This document shows positions 11,301 through 24,637 of a DNA stretch of 64,000 nt, piece by piece. The notes beneath the pieces are model-generated. The model was not told the DNA's origin and ran no database searches. It saw only the letters and a list, made by a program, of their open reading frames with translations. A program made the translations under genes and the position numbers. The stretch spans positions 9,920,001 to 9,984,000 of the forward strand of contig CM102285.1 of NCBI GenBank assembly GCA_046563655.1, written 5' to 3'. The DNA comes from Yuukianura sp. NJ FZ-2021 (taxonomy: Eukaryota). How positions within the stretch are numbered: the first letter of the stretch is position 1; each line of letters opens with the position of its first letter.

Positions 11301-14300
11301 TAGTTCAGCACGGTATCTTTGTTCTAAACGCACGTTTTAGACCTGCTGTTCTAAAGGTTTTAAATGTTTGTTTAAAACAAAGGGTAAATTTTATGTTATA
11401 CAAAACATAATAAATTGGCAAAATTATAGGAAAATGTGCTAAATTTTCAAAAATCTTGAAAATAAAATAAGCTTTCACCGATTACTCTTTACGAGAAAGT
11501 GATCAAATTGATCGCAGACACTTTTTCGAAGGCCTACTAGGTACATCTTTGTGGAAAGGAGTGGCCCTTATCCAATCTTCTAGTTGAGTGGTTCTATGGC
11601 TCTCAAGGGTGAAAGTTAAAAAAAAACATTAAAAAAAACATTTTATGTCTCGTCTTTTTTTGTTTTAGCGAGAAAATAAAGTGTTAAGAACCCCTGTCAG
11701 GCAGTGACTTCAGCTCAATCAGTCTAAATCTAGGCTCCGTTCTCAATCGCTTCTTTCTTGATTTACAATGTTGACTCTAGAATTGTAGATTTAATGCAAT
11801 GAATCTAATTCAGTTCCACTTTCACTCGACGGCTACTACGTGGAACCACTTCTAACTTTTTGCATTTCCATTCAATTGGTACTAAAGGAGGAAAATAATG
11901 AAAAGAAATTCAGATCTTAAGATGAAAACTTTTAAAAATGACTTCTTTGAACAAACTCCTCTCATTGTTCAAGCTTCATTCATTCCATTTCATTCCGGCC
12001 CATTGTAACTGAACGTTTTAATGCACATTCTCTGCGTTAGTTCAACTAGAAACTTTTAATATTTGCGAATTTCGTTTCTCTGAAAACTGCAAGAGCATAA
12101 GCTGTAATGGGAAATCTAACCAAAGCGTTCATTTTAGAACGGAAACTTTTTCGGAAGAAAAAACAAAGTTCAAGATATTTTTTAGCTTTTGCAAATTTCA
12201 TAACTTGGTTTTCAATTCCCATCCTTCACTGGTCCCGGCTCACCAGAAGCAAACGTCGGAAAAGTCAAAAGAATTTGAAATTACATCAGAAGCGTTTTGT
12301 CATGTGTCAAAATTTGTGACAAAAAGCTGGAGGATATATTTCCCGGTTACTTTCAGAAGTGACGCAGTAATAAAAAAGTTTTGTATCTGATTCAACATAA
12401 ACTTTGCGAAAATTTGACGTATAAGCAATCTGTAAAACTCATGTCCGTTAGTCCGTTTGCGGTGAAAACTTTATTCATGTTACATGGTCACGCACGAGTT
12501 TCCGGACAGAGTTGGAATGAACAACCGGTTTCATTAATCGCGTTTAAAGGTCATGTGAAACCATGTGTCACAAACGAAGTGAAATTGTTACGTAGGTGGC
12601 CTGTACCTAGATTTGCACAATCCGTTCGCCTTGTTTCATAAGAGCTACAACGGAAACCCAGAATGTGCGGCAGGTTACACGGCCGCAACTTTCTCGACTT
12701 TCACTTTTGCATTTTTGATTAACAAAACTCCGCTTGTAATCAAGTCAGCCACGACGATGACCATCAATTTCATTAATTATTTCTACAATTATTCATTTTG
12801 TTCTGGTTCCTTTTAAATTTTGAATAGGCTTCGACCACACTCATCCACGTCACTTAACTAATCTTAACCCACTTCAACAACAATCAAAACATTCAGTTTG
12901 AATTCGTTTTTTTACAGGTGTAGCAGTCAGTGCTAGTATTTTCACTATTACAGCTATGAGTATCGATCGTTACTTGGCCATCCGACATCCAATGTCCAGA
13001 AAAATTATCAATCGAAAGACAACTCGAAAGGTAAGGAGAAAACAATTCCCACTGTGTATTCGATCTCTTTGTGAGAATTCTTCTTTAACATTAGAATTCA
13101 ATCCACCTAAAACGAATTTCTTATAAAAATTTCATTTCAAAAAACTTTTTAGAGAAAGTAAAGAATTTGTATAGCAGATTTTTTAAAAAATAAAAAGGAT
13201 TGTTCGTTTTTCTTATACCAAACGTACCTGTATAGAATGCTTTTTTGACGTACCTATCCGTTTCCTATGAACTATAAATCACGTCCGTAAATCTTGTTCC
13301 CGACTTTTATGGAATCAAAGAGAAGAGCGTTTTTGGGAGAAGCCTATCTGCAATTCCAAATTTAATAAAATATGTTCTAATAAAACAAAAGGAAGAGCTA
13401 TTGAAACTTTGATTTTTCAACTATACCCTCAATCTGCGTAACGTTTTTCAAAGGACATGGGGAGTTACATGACGCAGTTTAGATTTTGTTGGAATTGGGG
13501 AACAAGTTAGGCTTCCCTGTGCTCTTCAACTTTCCTTTACTTTTTAAAAATATATGAAAAATCTGTTTTTTTCTTTAGAAAATCCTTTTCGTTGTACGTA
13601 TTTTTAAATCTCATAAAAATGGTTGACATTTTGCGTCTGTTTCTTTTTATGTAGGTTATTTTTTGTCTTTGGATCTTATCCCTCGTTATATTTGCTCCAA
13701 TTCTTCTGATTCGGAAATTAGGAGGCTTTAAAATTGGAAACGCAGTTTTCACACATTGTATCGAGGTAAGTCCATTCTTATTTTTCATTCTCGTGTAGTG
13801 ACGCGTAGTACGGCATTCAATTCGCTTTTTCCTGTTTTCCAAATTCCAAAATTTTGATGTCTTATTCAATTTCAAACTTTTTTCAAAAAAAAAAGTAAGA
13901 AGAAAGCCATAACACTTTGTGAAGAGCTAGGTATGACGGCAGGGAACTTTTCTATAACAGTCCATCTTCGCTTCAGACTTTTTGAAAGAAGCGGGAAAGG
14001 ATGGATTTCATCAAAGACGATTCTCCCTGCAGGAACTCTTCGTTCCTCGTGTCAAATAAAAACCCTTTGAAAATCCTTTCGCCTCAACTAGATCGGATAT
14101 CCCTGTTTAAAGTGACAAATTAGCACTGGAAATTGAACTGGGATGGTCGATAGAAGAAAGCAGAATGGATCACGGGAAAATAAAAGTCAGTGGAGAACGT
14201 GAAAGGAATAAAATGCGCTGCAGGATTCCATTTAAATTGAGTACTTTCAGTTTAAAAAAATTCAATTTCATAAATTCTTCAAAGTCGAATTTCCTTTTCA

Positions 14301-17300
14301 GTTTTGCTCTAAATTTTGTCTTCTTCTTTCTCCTCTTGCTTATGCTTTTCCTAGAACTGAACTTACTAATTTGCAGTCGTTCCAGGATTCCATTTATCAA
14401 TCGTATGCTGCTTCTATCCGTTTTTTCAGCTTTCTAGCGTTTTTTCAGTTATTACGCAAAACTTTCTAGAACGGGTTCACAAGTTTTGCTTGATTTCTCA
14501 CCTTATTTTCTTAACAGTTTACGCCTTTACACTCCCTGGAACCAACTCGTCGTGTAGTTTCGAAGTTATTGTGTAATGCTCTCTTGAAGTCTCATTTCCT
14601 ACTTTCTCATATATTTTTATTTGAATTCAATGTAAAACTATTTTATAAATTCAATTGTAAAGAATCTCAACCTTCAAATGCTCAGTCGAGGCGGAAAGAA
14701 TTAAGCGAGAAGAAAGAAAGTGAAAAGCGGAAGCAGGAACTTTGCAATATTCACAATGTTGAACGGAATAATGAAATTGAAGTTATTGAAAGGAATATTC
14801 TAGATTTAAAATGAGATAATTTTCAATGTAAGACAGGGAGTTAGTTATGCTTACTATTTTGAAACATGTAATTCAAAGGTCAATTTATGCCATGCTTAGA
14901 ACTACTAGAGATTACATGCTAGCGAGTTCGATGTCGTAAAGAACAATAATGTTCCACGAAAGGTCAAATTTTTCTCTGGAGGGTTTTAGGAAAAAAGTGC
15001 GGTGAAAGTTTCGTTTAGGGAAACCATTGGTTGCCGATTTCGATTAGGCTAATACTCCCTAAAGACCACTCCATTCGTTGTGATCCTTGAACTACTCTTT
15101 ATTATTCTATGACGCAAGGTCCAATTATTGATGATGTAATTGCTAAACAACCATTAAAGTTAACTTTCCCTAATGGTATGGTACTTTTCCTTTTCATTTC
15201 AATTTTCTTGAGTACTACTTCACTCAATTGTTGTCATCTTTTCACCAACTTGTTCATTTTTTTTTCAGGAATGGCCTGACAGCTTGTCCCGGAAGACTTT
15301 TGGAACATTTTGCTTCATTGTGGTGTACGCCATTCCAGGCTTCATTGTAGTACTGGGTAAGTAGAAATCATGTTCAATTCTGAAAGTATTTTATACTTGA
15401 ATTCATCAATGTGTGTAGAATACAATGAGTTCTTAATGTTTTGCCTTATATGTATTAGTCTTGAGAGTGTATAGGAGAGAAGCGTTGTGCTTCTACGAGC
15501 ATGTTGATTATTGGAAACATTTTCGTTGAATAAAATCCAATTTTGAAATATATTTTTAATTTTCCAGTCGAAGAAGTTAGAATATGATGCAGTATGAATT
15601 ATTTACGCTTTCATGTTCAATACAGGGTGGGCGCGTAAAGTCCTTACCCTCTTTCTTTTCCTCTCACTCTTCTCATAAGAAACTCATGTGAGAGTTTCTC
15701 TTTCTTTCACTTGGGTACGGACTTTAAAGGCTCACTACTGGGTTTTTCTGTCATGTTAAAGTGAACCAACCTTTAGGGCACCCACACAAACATTCTCTAA
15801 AAAATGTTGCACCAAAGAGCAACTTTTTAGAAAAACTTCAAAGAAATGTTTGGATGTTGGAAATGAGAAGCCATAGAACATGATGTTCTCACTAATATAT
15901 AAGTAACATGAATCAAGAATTCCGAATTCACACGCTAATGGGGAAGTCATCTGTGGAAATGTTAGCAATGGTCGCAAATTCGTGGAGACCACAACCCAGT
16001 ATTACTTATTTTTACAATAATAATTTGGGCTACTTTGTCTAATTTGCAGCCTACTCCCTAATGGGACTTCGCCTCTGTTCAAGACAGTTGATTCCAGAGT
16101 ATCATCTTACACAAGGTCCTTCCAGCCCACACTCCCGAAACGGAGATTCTAGTAATTGCAGCGAGTCGACAAGTTCAGCTTGGCAGGTAAGTCGATACGT
16201 CCGAATCACCGAATCAGAACAAAGATTCTAGAACTATCGCGCAGTAGGAAAACACATAAAAATCCACCGTCTAGTTACGTAAAAACTTAAACAAAAAACA
16301 AACCGAAGCTCATTGTCAGTTTTCCAGAAGAATACTGCATGGGCTTAGTAAACGACCAACTTCAAAGGATTTCTTCGAGAAGGAAAGGAAGGGTGTAAAG
16401 GTTTCAAACAATAGATTCTCATTTACTGAGAATTGTCTCCATCTTATTTACTTTCCCCTTACACAGACTCGATTAAGACTGGTTCCTCGTTGAGCAAAAT
16501 AGAAACGCTGTGGGTTAATTAATTACTGTTTGTAAATAGTAGAAAGATGTTCTGTTGAAAACAGTTGCTAAATTGAAGACTTCTTAAGAATCTTCTTAAG
16601 ACATTTCTTAATCTGATTCGCCTTTACTAAGAGTTCTCACCGCTTCTGACGTAATTCTGCTTCACAACTTTTCTATTTGCACAAACACGAAAATTATTTT
16701 TAACAGCGTTTCTCATTTAAACTTGTTGCTGTTGGACAAAAAAGTGAATACTTTGAAGTATAATTTAAAGAAACTTCACTACTGTTACAGAAAAGTTTTA
16801 GGTGAATTGAAAACTTGTTTAACTATTAGAATTTTGTTAATTGAAATTCTGAAAAGTGGAATGAAATTATTCTGGAGAAAACAAATTGTTCAAAGTCAAA
16901 TTACGTACAAAGTTTCAAAGTGAAAGCTCAAAAACAAGTCCACTGTCAACAAAAATATTGTTGAGTTAGGTTAGGCTTTCAGTGTAGTAAGTTGCCAGTA
17001 CACAAGAATCTGAGAATGGAAAATGAGAAATGTTTCTGAGAATTCTTTTCGCTACATAATGAAGTATTTTATGTAAAGTTAATGTAATTTGTAAAAGTAC
17101 ATAATATATTTCTAGTATTTGCAATACAAAGCGACGAGAGGTTTCTGTTCTTCGTAAACAAGTTGCAAGAAATACGTCAACAACTCATCTTTGAATGAAC
17201 TTAAATTCTGGGAATTTTAATGGTCAACAGAATTTTGCTGCTTTCACCATGAACTTGAAAAACATATTTTCCTCAGTTTAATTTACACTTCAAGTAAACA

Positions 17301-20300
17301 CTCTGTGTACGCATGAAAAACAAATTGACAGAAAACAATTTTGAAAGGCAGCTTACTTATTAAATCAAGGCAGAGTAAATAACCATTTATTTTATATTGT
17401 AATTATAAAAACTAACCTGAATATTCAGTGCTGCTGATGATGCATGCCGTGCTTAGTAGCAATATATTTACCAAGTAATCCAATATTAACGCACTAATAA
17501 ACCCAAACCCAAAGAGCTTAACTGCGGTTGAGTAAAAACGTGAGATTTTGAAGTATGGCGAGATCTACATAGATTGTTAGGAATTTGGATCAAAATGAAA
17601 ATAAAGGTTTAGTTCAAAATGGAAAGCTCCGTTTCAATTAATAAGTGTGTATTTGAGAAAGTTAAGCTTAAATTAATAAGTGTATATTATTTACAAAGGG
17701 ATTCGTTATTTGAGGATAATCTCCTACTAAAATGAAAGTGTTTACACAACATCCTTGCTTTTTCACTTTTACCCAAACGTTTGCTAAAATCCACTTTCCT
17801 CTTTGCTTTTCAGGTCTCCTCAGCTGGTGGTCGATTGGTCAGAGAACGAAGGCGAGTAGCCAAAATTCTTCTGATTTTGGCTCTGGTCTTTGCATTTTGT
17901 TGGCTCCCGTATAGTGTCATCAGTCTCATCCTTGACCTCACTGCCAATGCGGAAAAAGACATTCGTCTCAACCAAGAGTCCGACGTGTCTGGAATTCTGG
18001 CTCTAGCGGGTGAAATGCTTCCATTTGCAATTCTGCTAGGACATGTCAATTCTGCAGTCAATCCACTTCTCTATTGTTTGCTAAGTAAAAACTTCAGAAG
18101 GAGCATTGCCGAAATGATTCGTCATCCCACGCGAGCCGCCCGAGGACGACAACACTGCAAGGTATAACTTTCTTTCAAACTTTCTCATTGAAACGGACAA
18201 GAACTTTTCAATTTACTAAGTCTAGGAACTAAGTACCGTAAGAATAAGTTATTCCAGGCTCAAGAAAACTTACGTACCCTCAAGATCCTGTAGGTGTTAA
18301 TGAACCTCAGACAGGATGGAGAGTTGTCTAGAGCTAACAGGTTTGTTAGCACTTTAGCTCAACGTTAGGGATTTCACTTCCCGCAGACAATTTACTTCCG
18401 TTCATTTCCAGAATGAACGATCTAGTTTCCTTTCCCTCATAAAACGTTTGGTAAACATGTTTTAGTAACCATAAAATTTGAAACATATTTCACCCAAAGT
18501 CTGCGGCTTGAGATTTGACTCTGCTAGGCTACTCTAATTTTCACTTTGAATAGAACTTGCATCTTTTTCATAACTTTGAACATGTGTTTACCCGCTCAAG
18601 CTACTGGCGACGGCCATTATCATTTTTGCGCGGCAACTTTTGTATTCCATTTCTCACTGTCTCCTGCCTTCTCCCTGAGCGTCTGTCTCCCGCTTTCTCC
18701 CAAAGTGTCTGTCTCCAGCTTTCTCCATGAGTGTCTACTCTTCTAACTTATTTCATCCCCTAAAAGTTTTTCCAAGGCTTAAGCACTAAAATGGCAACAA
18801 AAGACTTCTGACAAAGTTACGCTATTAAAAGCAACTTTCAAGTCAAAAGGAATACAAATCAGTTTTCTCATGCAGCTACACTCCTTTACCAACCAACGCC
18901 TCTGGGTTTCCGAAAGCATTTGGCTAAACTCCCAGGCAATACTTTCTATGCAGAATGAGCTTAATACTTTCTATGCAAAATGAGCTTCCTGAGAAGTGGA
19001 GGAAAGTTAGACAATGAAGGCTTTAGTAAGAGGGGGCGGAAAGTTGAATTTGAATTAGGAACTAAAATTCGAAACGACATTTTGTTCATGGCATTTGTGT
19101 TACTACTATTTAAAAGTAAATCCTGAATCCAAGCTGGACATTCAGTTCACTCAGTGAACTGAATGCAATCCTAGGAATACGAGTTACTTGAATAAACAAT
19201 GTTTCTTACAAGGTTAGTCGTAAATCAATTTTAAGTATTTAGAAAGTAAACATTGAAGTTCAGAAGAATTCTGAAACTTGAGAGAATTTATTTTTCAATA
19301 CGTTTGCTACATCGTCTCTGTCTAAGGAATGCTTAGGCATGACACTTTCCCGATGAAAGCTGAAAAGTCTTATAAAAATTACAAATCGAACTGTAAAACA
19401 TAAAAGACAGCAGAAATTGAAAATTAGGCAGTGTACTCACCATAAACAATTACAAACCTTGGCACCTTCAACCGACATTGTAGTCAGAAGTAAAAGTTAA
19501 CTTAAAATGCAATGGAAAAGGTACAACTGATCACAAAAATGAATCAAAAAGTGAAAATAGAAAGGGAAAAATACTTCAGTCATAAAGCCAATTACATGTT
19601 AAGGTTATTGACTTGCGAGCTTGTGCGGACATTGGCCCTACAACGCGTGGGTTGTATAACCTTAAGGGGAAAGTCTCTAGCAGTAAATAAGGTAAAGATG
19701 AGCTTGTTGTACTTTTCTCTTTTACTTCACTTCATGAACTTCTTGAACAAAAAACGAACAAACAGGAATTTCGATTTCAAAATGTTTTTATTATTAGACT
19801 GTGGGTTATAAACCTAGCTGTAAAAAAATACTCATGATATGGGCCATAACTTTATTTATATGCCAGAGGCATAAACTTTCTTCCCGTGGAAAAAGAAATC
19901 AAACAAAGGAATTTTTCATTCCAAAACTTTCTCAGATTTAGAAAGCAGCAGCAATCGGACTTTTTTTTTATCACAACTACCATAGATACGAAAGTATTTA
20001 ATTTAAAAGCTCATCTTTTTAAGCAATATTCTTTTGAAGTTCCGGTTTTAGTAGCATAACTAATACTACATTAAGCTTAGACTACTTTGGCTTACTTTGA
20101 AGAAGCCTTAGGAGGCCTCCTAATGGCGAAATAACTGCCGACATGATGTCCTTTGAGCAGTTCTGCTTTATTACTGTTACAATAAAGATGAAACACTGAA
20201 GCTTACACTGCGTAGATCTACAAAACCTTTTTTAAATCATCTTTAGTGAGTTCCTATGAAATATTTATTCTCCTCGAGAGTTAAGATGTCATAGCATGTC

Positions 20301-21412
20301 GTCGGAACAATTCAGTTCATAAAAATACTCGTGACATATTTGTATTCTGCAGCAAAATCAAAATTCACTACGCCGCAGAGTACGAAATCGATGTTTCGAG
20401 TTTCTAAACGGAAGAACTTCCGTTGGAAAGTTACGAGCAGTCAAATGCTTGTTTATGTGTTTGGAAAATACGAAAATTCTGAAAATTTGAGATTTTGGGA
20501 GCAATTTAGAGAGTAAATCCTCGCATTGCTCAAGGGAAGATCTGTTGCTTATCTAAAAATAGATTTTCCCAAACATGATTTATTTTCGCACTAAAATCAC
20601 AGTGTGAAAAGAAACGATGGGTGCGGGTGGGTAATGCACTTTGCAAACTGTTTCATAGGCGTGAGATTATTTTAAGACTGAACTAGGATAAACTTCAGAA
20701 ATTTAGTTTGAAAATCTCTGAAAACACAATTTTTGAGAAGAAAAATGTTGAATTTTGTTTTCAGATTCGAATGACCTTTAGAAAAGAGCCAGTTCCCAAA
20801 GAGAAAGTAAGTCAAGAGAACTCTGGCAATCTGCTTCGGCAAGCCCGAAATCATCACGCTCCAGACCCACCAGCACACTCGCAATCTGGTGGCTCTTGCC
20901 CCACCGCTGAACAAGCTCAGAACAACGGTGGTGGTATCACTGCAAAAGCCGCCAGTGTGGGGAACTCTAAAGGCAAAGAATCAACAGATATTTGTATCGT
21001 AGACTTAAAGTCTCTGAGTTGTCGCGACGGCTATTCTCCGTCAGGATCCAGTGGCTATAGTTCTTTACGACACTCAACTGACACGTTGGCCATCGCCATT
21101 TTATCCAAAGAAAACAACACGCATGTCCACGTGCATTCAGCCCAGTATCCATTCTTCGGGATTACGCCACTTGGATCAAACAGTGTTGACCTTGCGGGAT
21201 GTGCAACACAACCTCCCAACCGAATTCAAAATGACCTCTGGAACAATTGCCACGGACCAATTCTTAACAATTCAAATCTGCCTGGAGGAGGGGTCAAACG
21301 ATGTCCGAATGAACTCAAGAAGCTCCACGTTCCTTCGACAATTTGTGAAGAATCAGAATCTAGTCTGCGTTCTAGGTCATCAGAAATGCGTAGAGGGTAT
21401 TGCTTTACGTAA
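8356..21412 (+). CDS. Class A (rhodopsin-like) neuropeptide GPCR, orexin/allatotropin-receptor-related, ~598 aa
   Basis: Eight exons in consistent phase: 8356-8564, 10214-10356, 12918-13030, 13655-13765, 15269-15356, 16050-16186, 17814-18161 and 20765-21412. Seven TM segments with VTNYFLVNLAIADLL, WLYGSVMC, MSIDRYLAIRHP, CIEEWP, FAFCWLPY and NSAVNPLLY. Subfamily assignment is by motif resemblance only. Confidence 0.9.
9377..9418. repeat. 14-bp tandem repeat x3 (RGTTACAYAAAGTT)
   Basis: agttacacaaagtt / agttacataaagtt / ggttacataaagtt in GPCR intron 1. Confidence 0.8.
15623..15740. mobile_element. Short degenerate Tc1/mariner-type MITE (~118 bp)
   Basis: Starts TA|CAGGGTGG. It has imperfect terminal inverted repeats (AAAGTCCTTACCC ... 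GGGTACGGACTTT, ending CTACTG). The right-hand TA duplication is not intact. Confidence 0.5.
18938..18987. repeat. 25-bp direct tandem duplication
   Basis: aatactttctatgcagaatgagctt followed by aatactttctatgcaaaatgagctt (1 mismatch). Confidence 0.85.
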
Positions 21413-23067
21413 AAGTAAAGGTTTTTCGTCAAATCTTTACGTAAAACGCGCAATCCGTTGACAGACACTTCAGTAGAAAGTGTCACGAATGAGTAACTTT
21501 GGTTTCACGAAATGAACTTGAATTAGCGGCAAAGCACATTTAAATTCCATTAAAATAGGGTAACTACTGGGTATCTTTTGTTTCTTACAGCGTCAGTTCT
21601 ATGGGACAATCTTCTAACGAGAACTTGAATCTAAGTTCTCGGAATTTAGATTCAATTTGGCTGTAAATTGCATTTAGAACAGGATAGCGTACACTTAAAC
21701 GAATTCCTGTAGAACTTAGACGCTAAGACATATCTGGTAGTGTGTAGGGTACTACTTAGTACATAAAGTTACTTAAGCTGTGATTCGTGGAACTGAAGCA
21801 GAGTATCCGTTGTGTACAATAGACTTTGAAGGGAAATTCCCCATCAAAAGTAAAACAAAAGTGACAAGAGAAAAGAGAAAGTGAGCGCCGAAGTTTGGCT
21901 GTTAGAGTGCTTAATTCCCAGAAACTCCTTTTGTTTCTTTTCCAGGATGTCAGAATGTGATTCATGGACCTAAGCTAATTATGACCTGCACAAAAGAGAC
22001 TTGGATAAGTTAAAATCAAATTGAAGTTTATTCAAATGTGAAAGTAGTGAATTATTAAATTCTAATACTACTTGTTACAGGTTTACACTTGTGTTTTTTA
22101 AAATCAACCATATTTAAATCAATATTGTCCTTCCCATCGCACCAAGTAAACCCTGCTCGGGATAGAGACCACACTAGTCACCTCGGTAGTGTTTGCGATG
22201 GTGCTAATTTAACACGTTAATTTAATTACTGACGTAAGGAAAGAACGTTATAAATTTAACCCAGAATGAAATTGGTTGAAACTCTAGTTAGTTTTGGGGA
22301 GATTAGAAATACTAATTATTAAAATTAAACTCTAATTTTATTATTCGTTTGTGTTAGGGCGTCAGAAAATATCACGAATATTTGAAAAATAAATGGAATA
22401 AAACCAATTAAAGAGTGAATAGTAATTAAATGTCCATTCTCTAACAGAGAACCGAAAGAACACAAAAATCAAGAAGCACGTTGTCAAAGAACGTGCTTGG
22501 AAATAAGTACATAAGTTAATGGGTTGCTGGAAGTATAAAACCAGGATTAGGTTAGCCTTGACTTTTGTTCAATATGATTTGCACGAGTTACATGATTTAT
22601 TTTGGGAGAAAGCCCTTACCCCTATTAACACTTCATTAGCCTTTAATGACTGTTTCCGCTCACGTTCTCAAGTGGCTTCCTCTCCATTCAAATATAAAAT
22701 ATAACATCGTTCAGCATTCCAGGTTCTTAAAATCTAGAAACATTAACACTTTCTCTCGCTCATTTCACCACTGTTTTCTCCTTTCCTAGTGAGAATCTAA
22801 CCAACCGAAAAGTAAATTTTTACAAATGAGTCTCTCTTCAGATGTAAATGTTACATGAAATCACAAAAAAGAAACTTATTCGCTGAAAGCTAACTTATTA
22901 CATTATTCGCCTCCCTCTCTCTTGTCAAAACCTCAATTAAAACAAAGCTAGATATTACGAACTCCAATTTACATTTCGAATTTTTCGTTTCGAGTATATG
23001 AACAAATTGGAAGAAAAACAATTGCAGCCTCTGAATTACTTCAAGTACTACTACTATTATACTAGTA

Positions 23068-23268
23068 CAGGGCGGCTGCAACGCGTTCACCAAAAGTTGA
23101 TTTTTGAATCGTGCTTTTACAGGTAATTGCTAATTAAAATCCAAAAAGTAAAAGTATTGGCAGCATCTACAACACGAACCAGTTTCAGCTAGTACATTAG
23201 CGCTGAAAGTTTAGCAGTCCAGTACCTGTGGAAGCACGATTCAAAAATCAACTTCCGGTGAAAGCGTT
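23068..23268. mobile_element. MITE family A, copy 1 (Tc1/mariner-like non-autonomous element)
   Basis: Begins TA|CAGGGCGGC. Subterminal inverted repeats AACGCGTTCACCAAAAGTTGATTTTTGAATCGTGCTT ... AAGCACGATTCAAAAATCAACTTCCGGTGAAAGCGTT. The core is homologous to the copies at 23.9, 35.9 and 43.6 kb. Right end approximate. Confidence 0.8.
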
Positions 23269-23871
23269 ATAGCCTTTTTATGGCTCCCACAGCGTGTGGG
23301 AAATGGAGACGCTTATTTTCAATCTGGCTTCTGACTCATAGAATTTCAAATTTTCATCTCCTTCCCACCCACACAGATTTCATTCATCTCAAGAGACAAA
23401 TTAGGAACCCGATATATTAGTACTTGAAATGTAAAACCACTTTTACCTTAGGCAACACATCTCCATTGCCTCATCTTGGTGGTGAAAACAAACTTTCTTT
23501 TGCTGGAAAACCACATTGCAATTTGCAAAACTTTGTTCTCTTGACAAACCCACTGACACTGCACTCTCATCCTGTTTGTCTTGAAATTCCAAGACAGAGA
23601 CAGCTCAGAAGTTGGAAAGTAACTCGATCTCCTGTACATTTCCTTTGAAGTGGAATTCCAATCTAAACCCGCTCAACCTCCCGACGGAATTTGCCAAGAC
23701 TCTGTTACCCCACCTTTTGTAATTTATAATTGCTTTAAGTTTGCTATTATAGATTAAGAGTAACACGAATTCTTGGCACATCTGGAATACTTGGAAACTT
23801 GCTTCAGCATTTGTCAGTATTAAATGTCAACAAGCATAGGAGGGCTGTTCGGTTAGGTGAAGAGGAATGTA

Positions 23872-24100
23872 CACTGAGGTTTTCAAACCGGGTGAAACTT
23901 TCCCCGGAAGTTGATTTTAAAATTTGCCTTAAATAACCAGTGTTAATTAAAATTAAGGATCTATACATGTAATCGCAGTCTACAACAATAACTAGCTTCG
24001 GCAATGAGGTTAGATTTAAAATTGAACAGTCCAGTGATTTTGGAATCATGTTTAAAAATCAACTTCCGGTGAAAGTGTCACCCTATATAAAACCGCACTG
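23872..24100. mobile_element. MITE family A-related, copy 2
   Basis: TA|CACTGAGGTTTT ... AAAACCGCACTG|TA termini with a TA duplication. Internal inverted repeats CTTTCCCCGGAAGTTGATTTTAAA ... TTTAAAAATCAACTTCCGGTGAAAG are shared with family A. Confidence 0.75.
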
Positions 24101-24637
24101 TATAGTAACATTTGGTTGTGTTCATTCACTTGTGGAAGAGGAAGATGAAACTGGAATTCTGGAAACTGCGGACTTTTTCTTGGAAAATCCTTTCAAATTT
24201 TGAAATTGAGATGTCTTAATTCCCTTCCGCTGTTTTTGACACAAAGTGACAGAAAAATGACTTACGAGGAAACATTTATTTAAGTAACTATATTTCAGTT
24301 CTGATAAATCGGGTAAGACCTCAAATCTGTAAAAACATTTTCAATTTGTTTTCATTCTCAGAATTTGGAAAAATAGCTCGATTTAAACTTTCGTCAAGAT
24401 TTTTTTGAAATATTGAATGGGCAACTAAAAGTCTGCATCCCGGAGACGCCACACAAGGCGAGAAGAATGATATTGACAATCGAATAACGCTTTGTCAATA
24501 GTGACAGACCTACCAAACCACGGTAGTGTAAACGAAAAACGATTTCCCAAATCTAAGAAAAAGTATTCTGCAAATACATTTGTATTATTTGCAACACCTA
24601 TAAGTTTTAGAAGTAAATTCGTCTGTTTCTTGTAACC

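Noticed and set aside
6300..23000. Many 60-110-aa Phe/Lys/Leu-rich ORFs in GPCR introns and flanks
   Set aside because: Their composition is typical of chance ORFs in AT-rich non-coding DNA. Many begin with TTG/GTG and show no domain signal.
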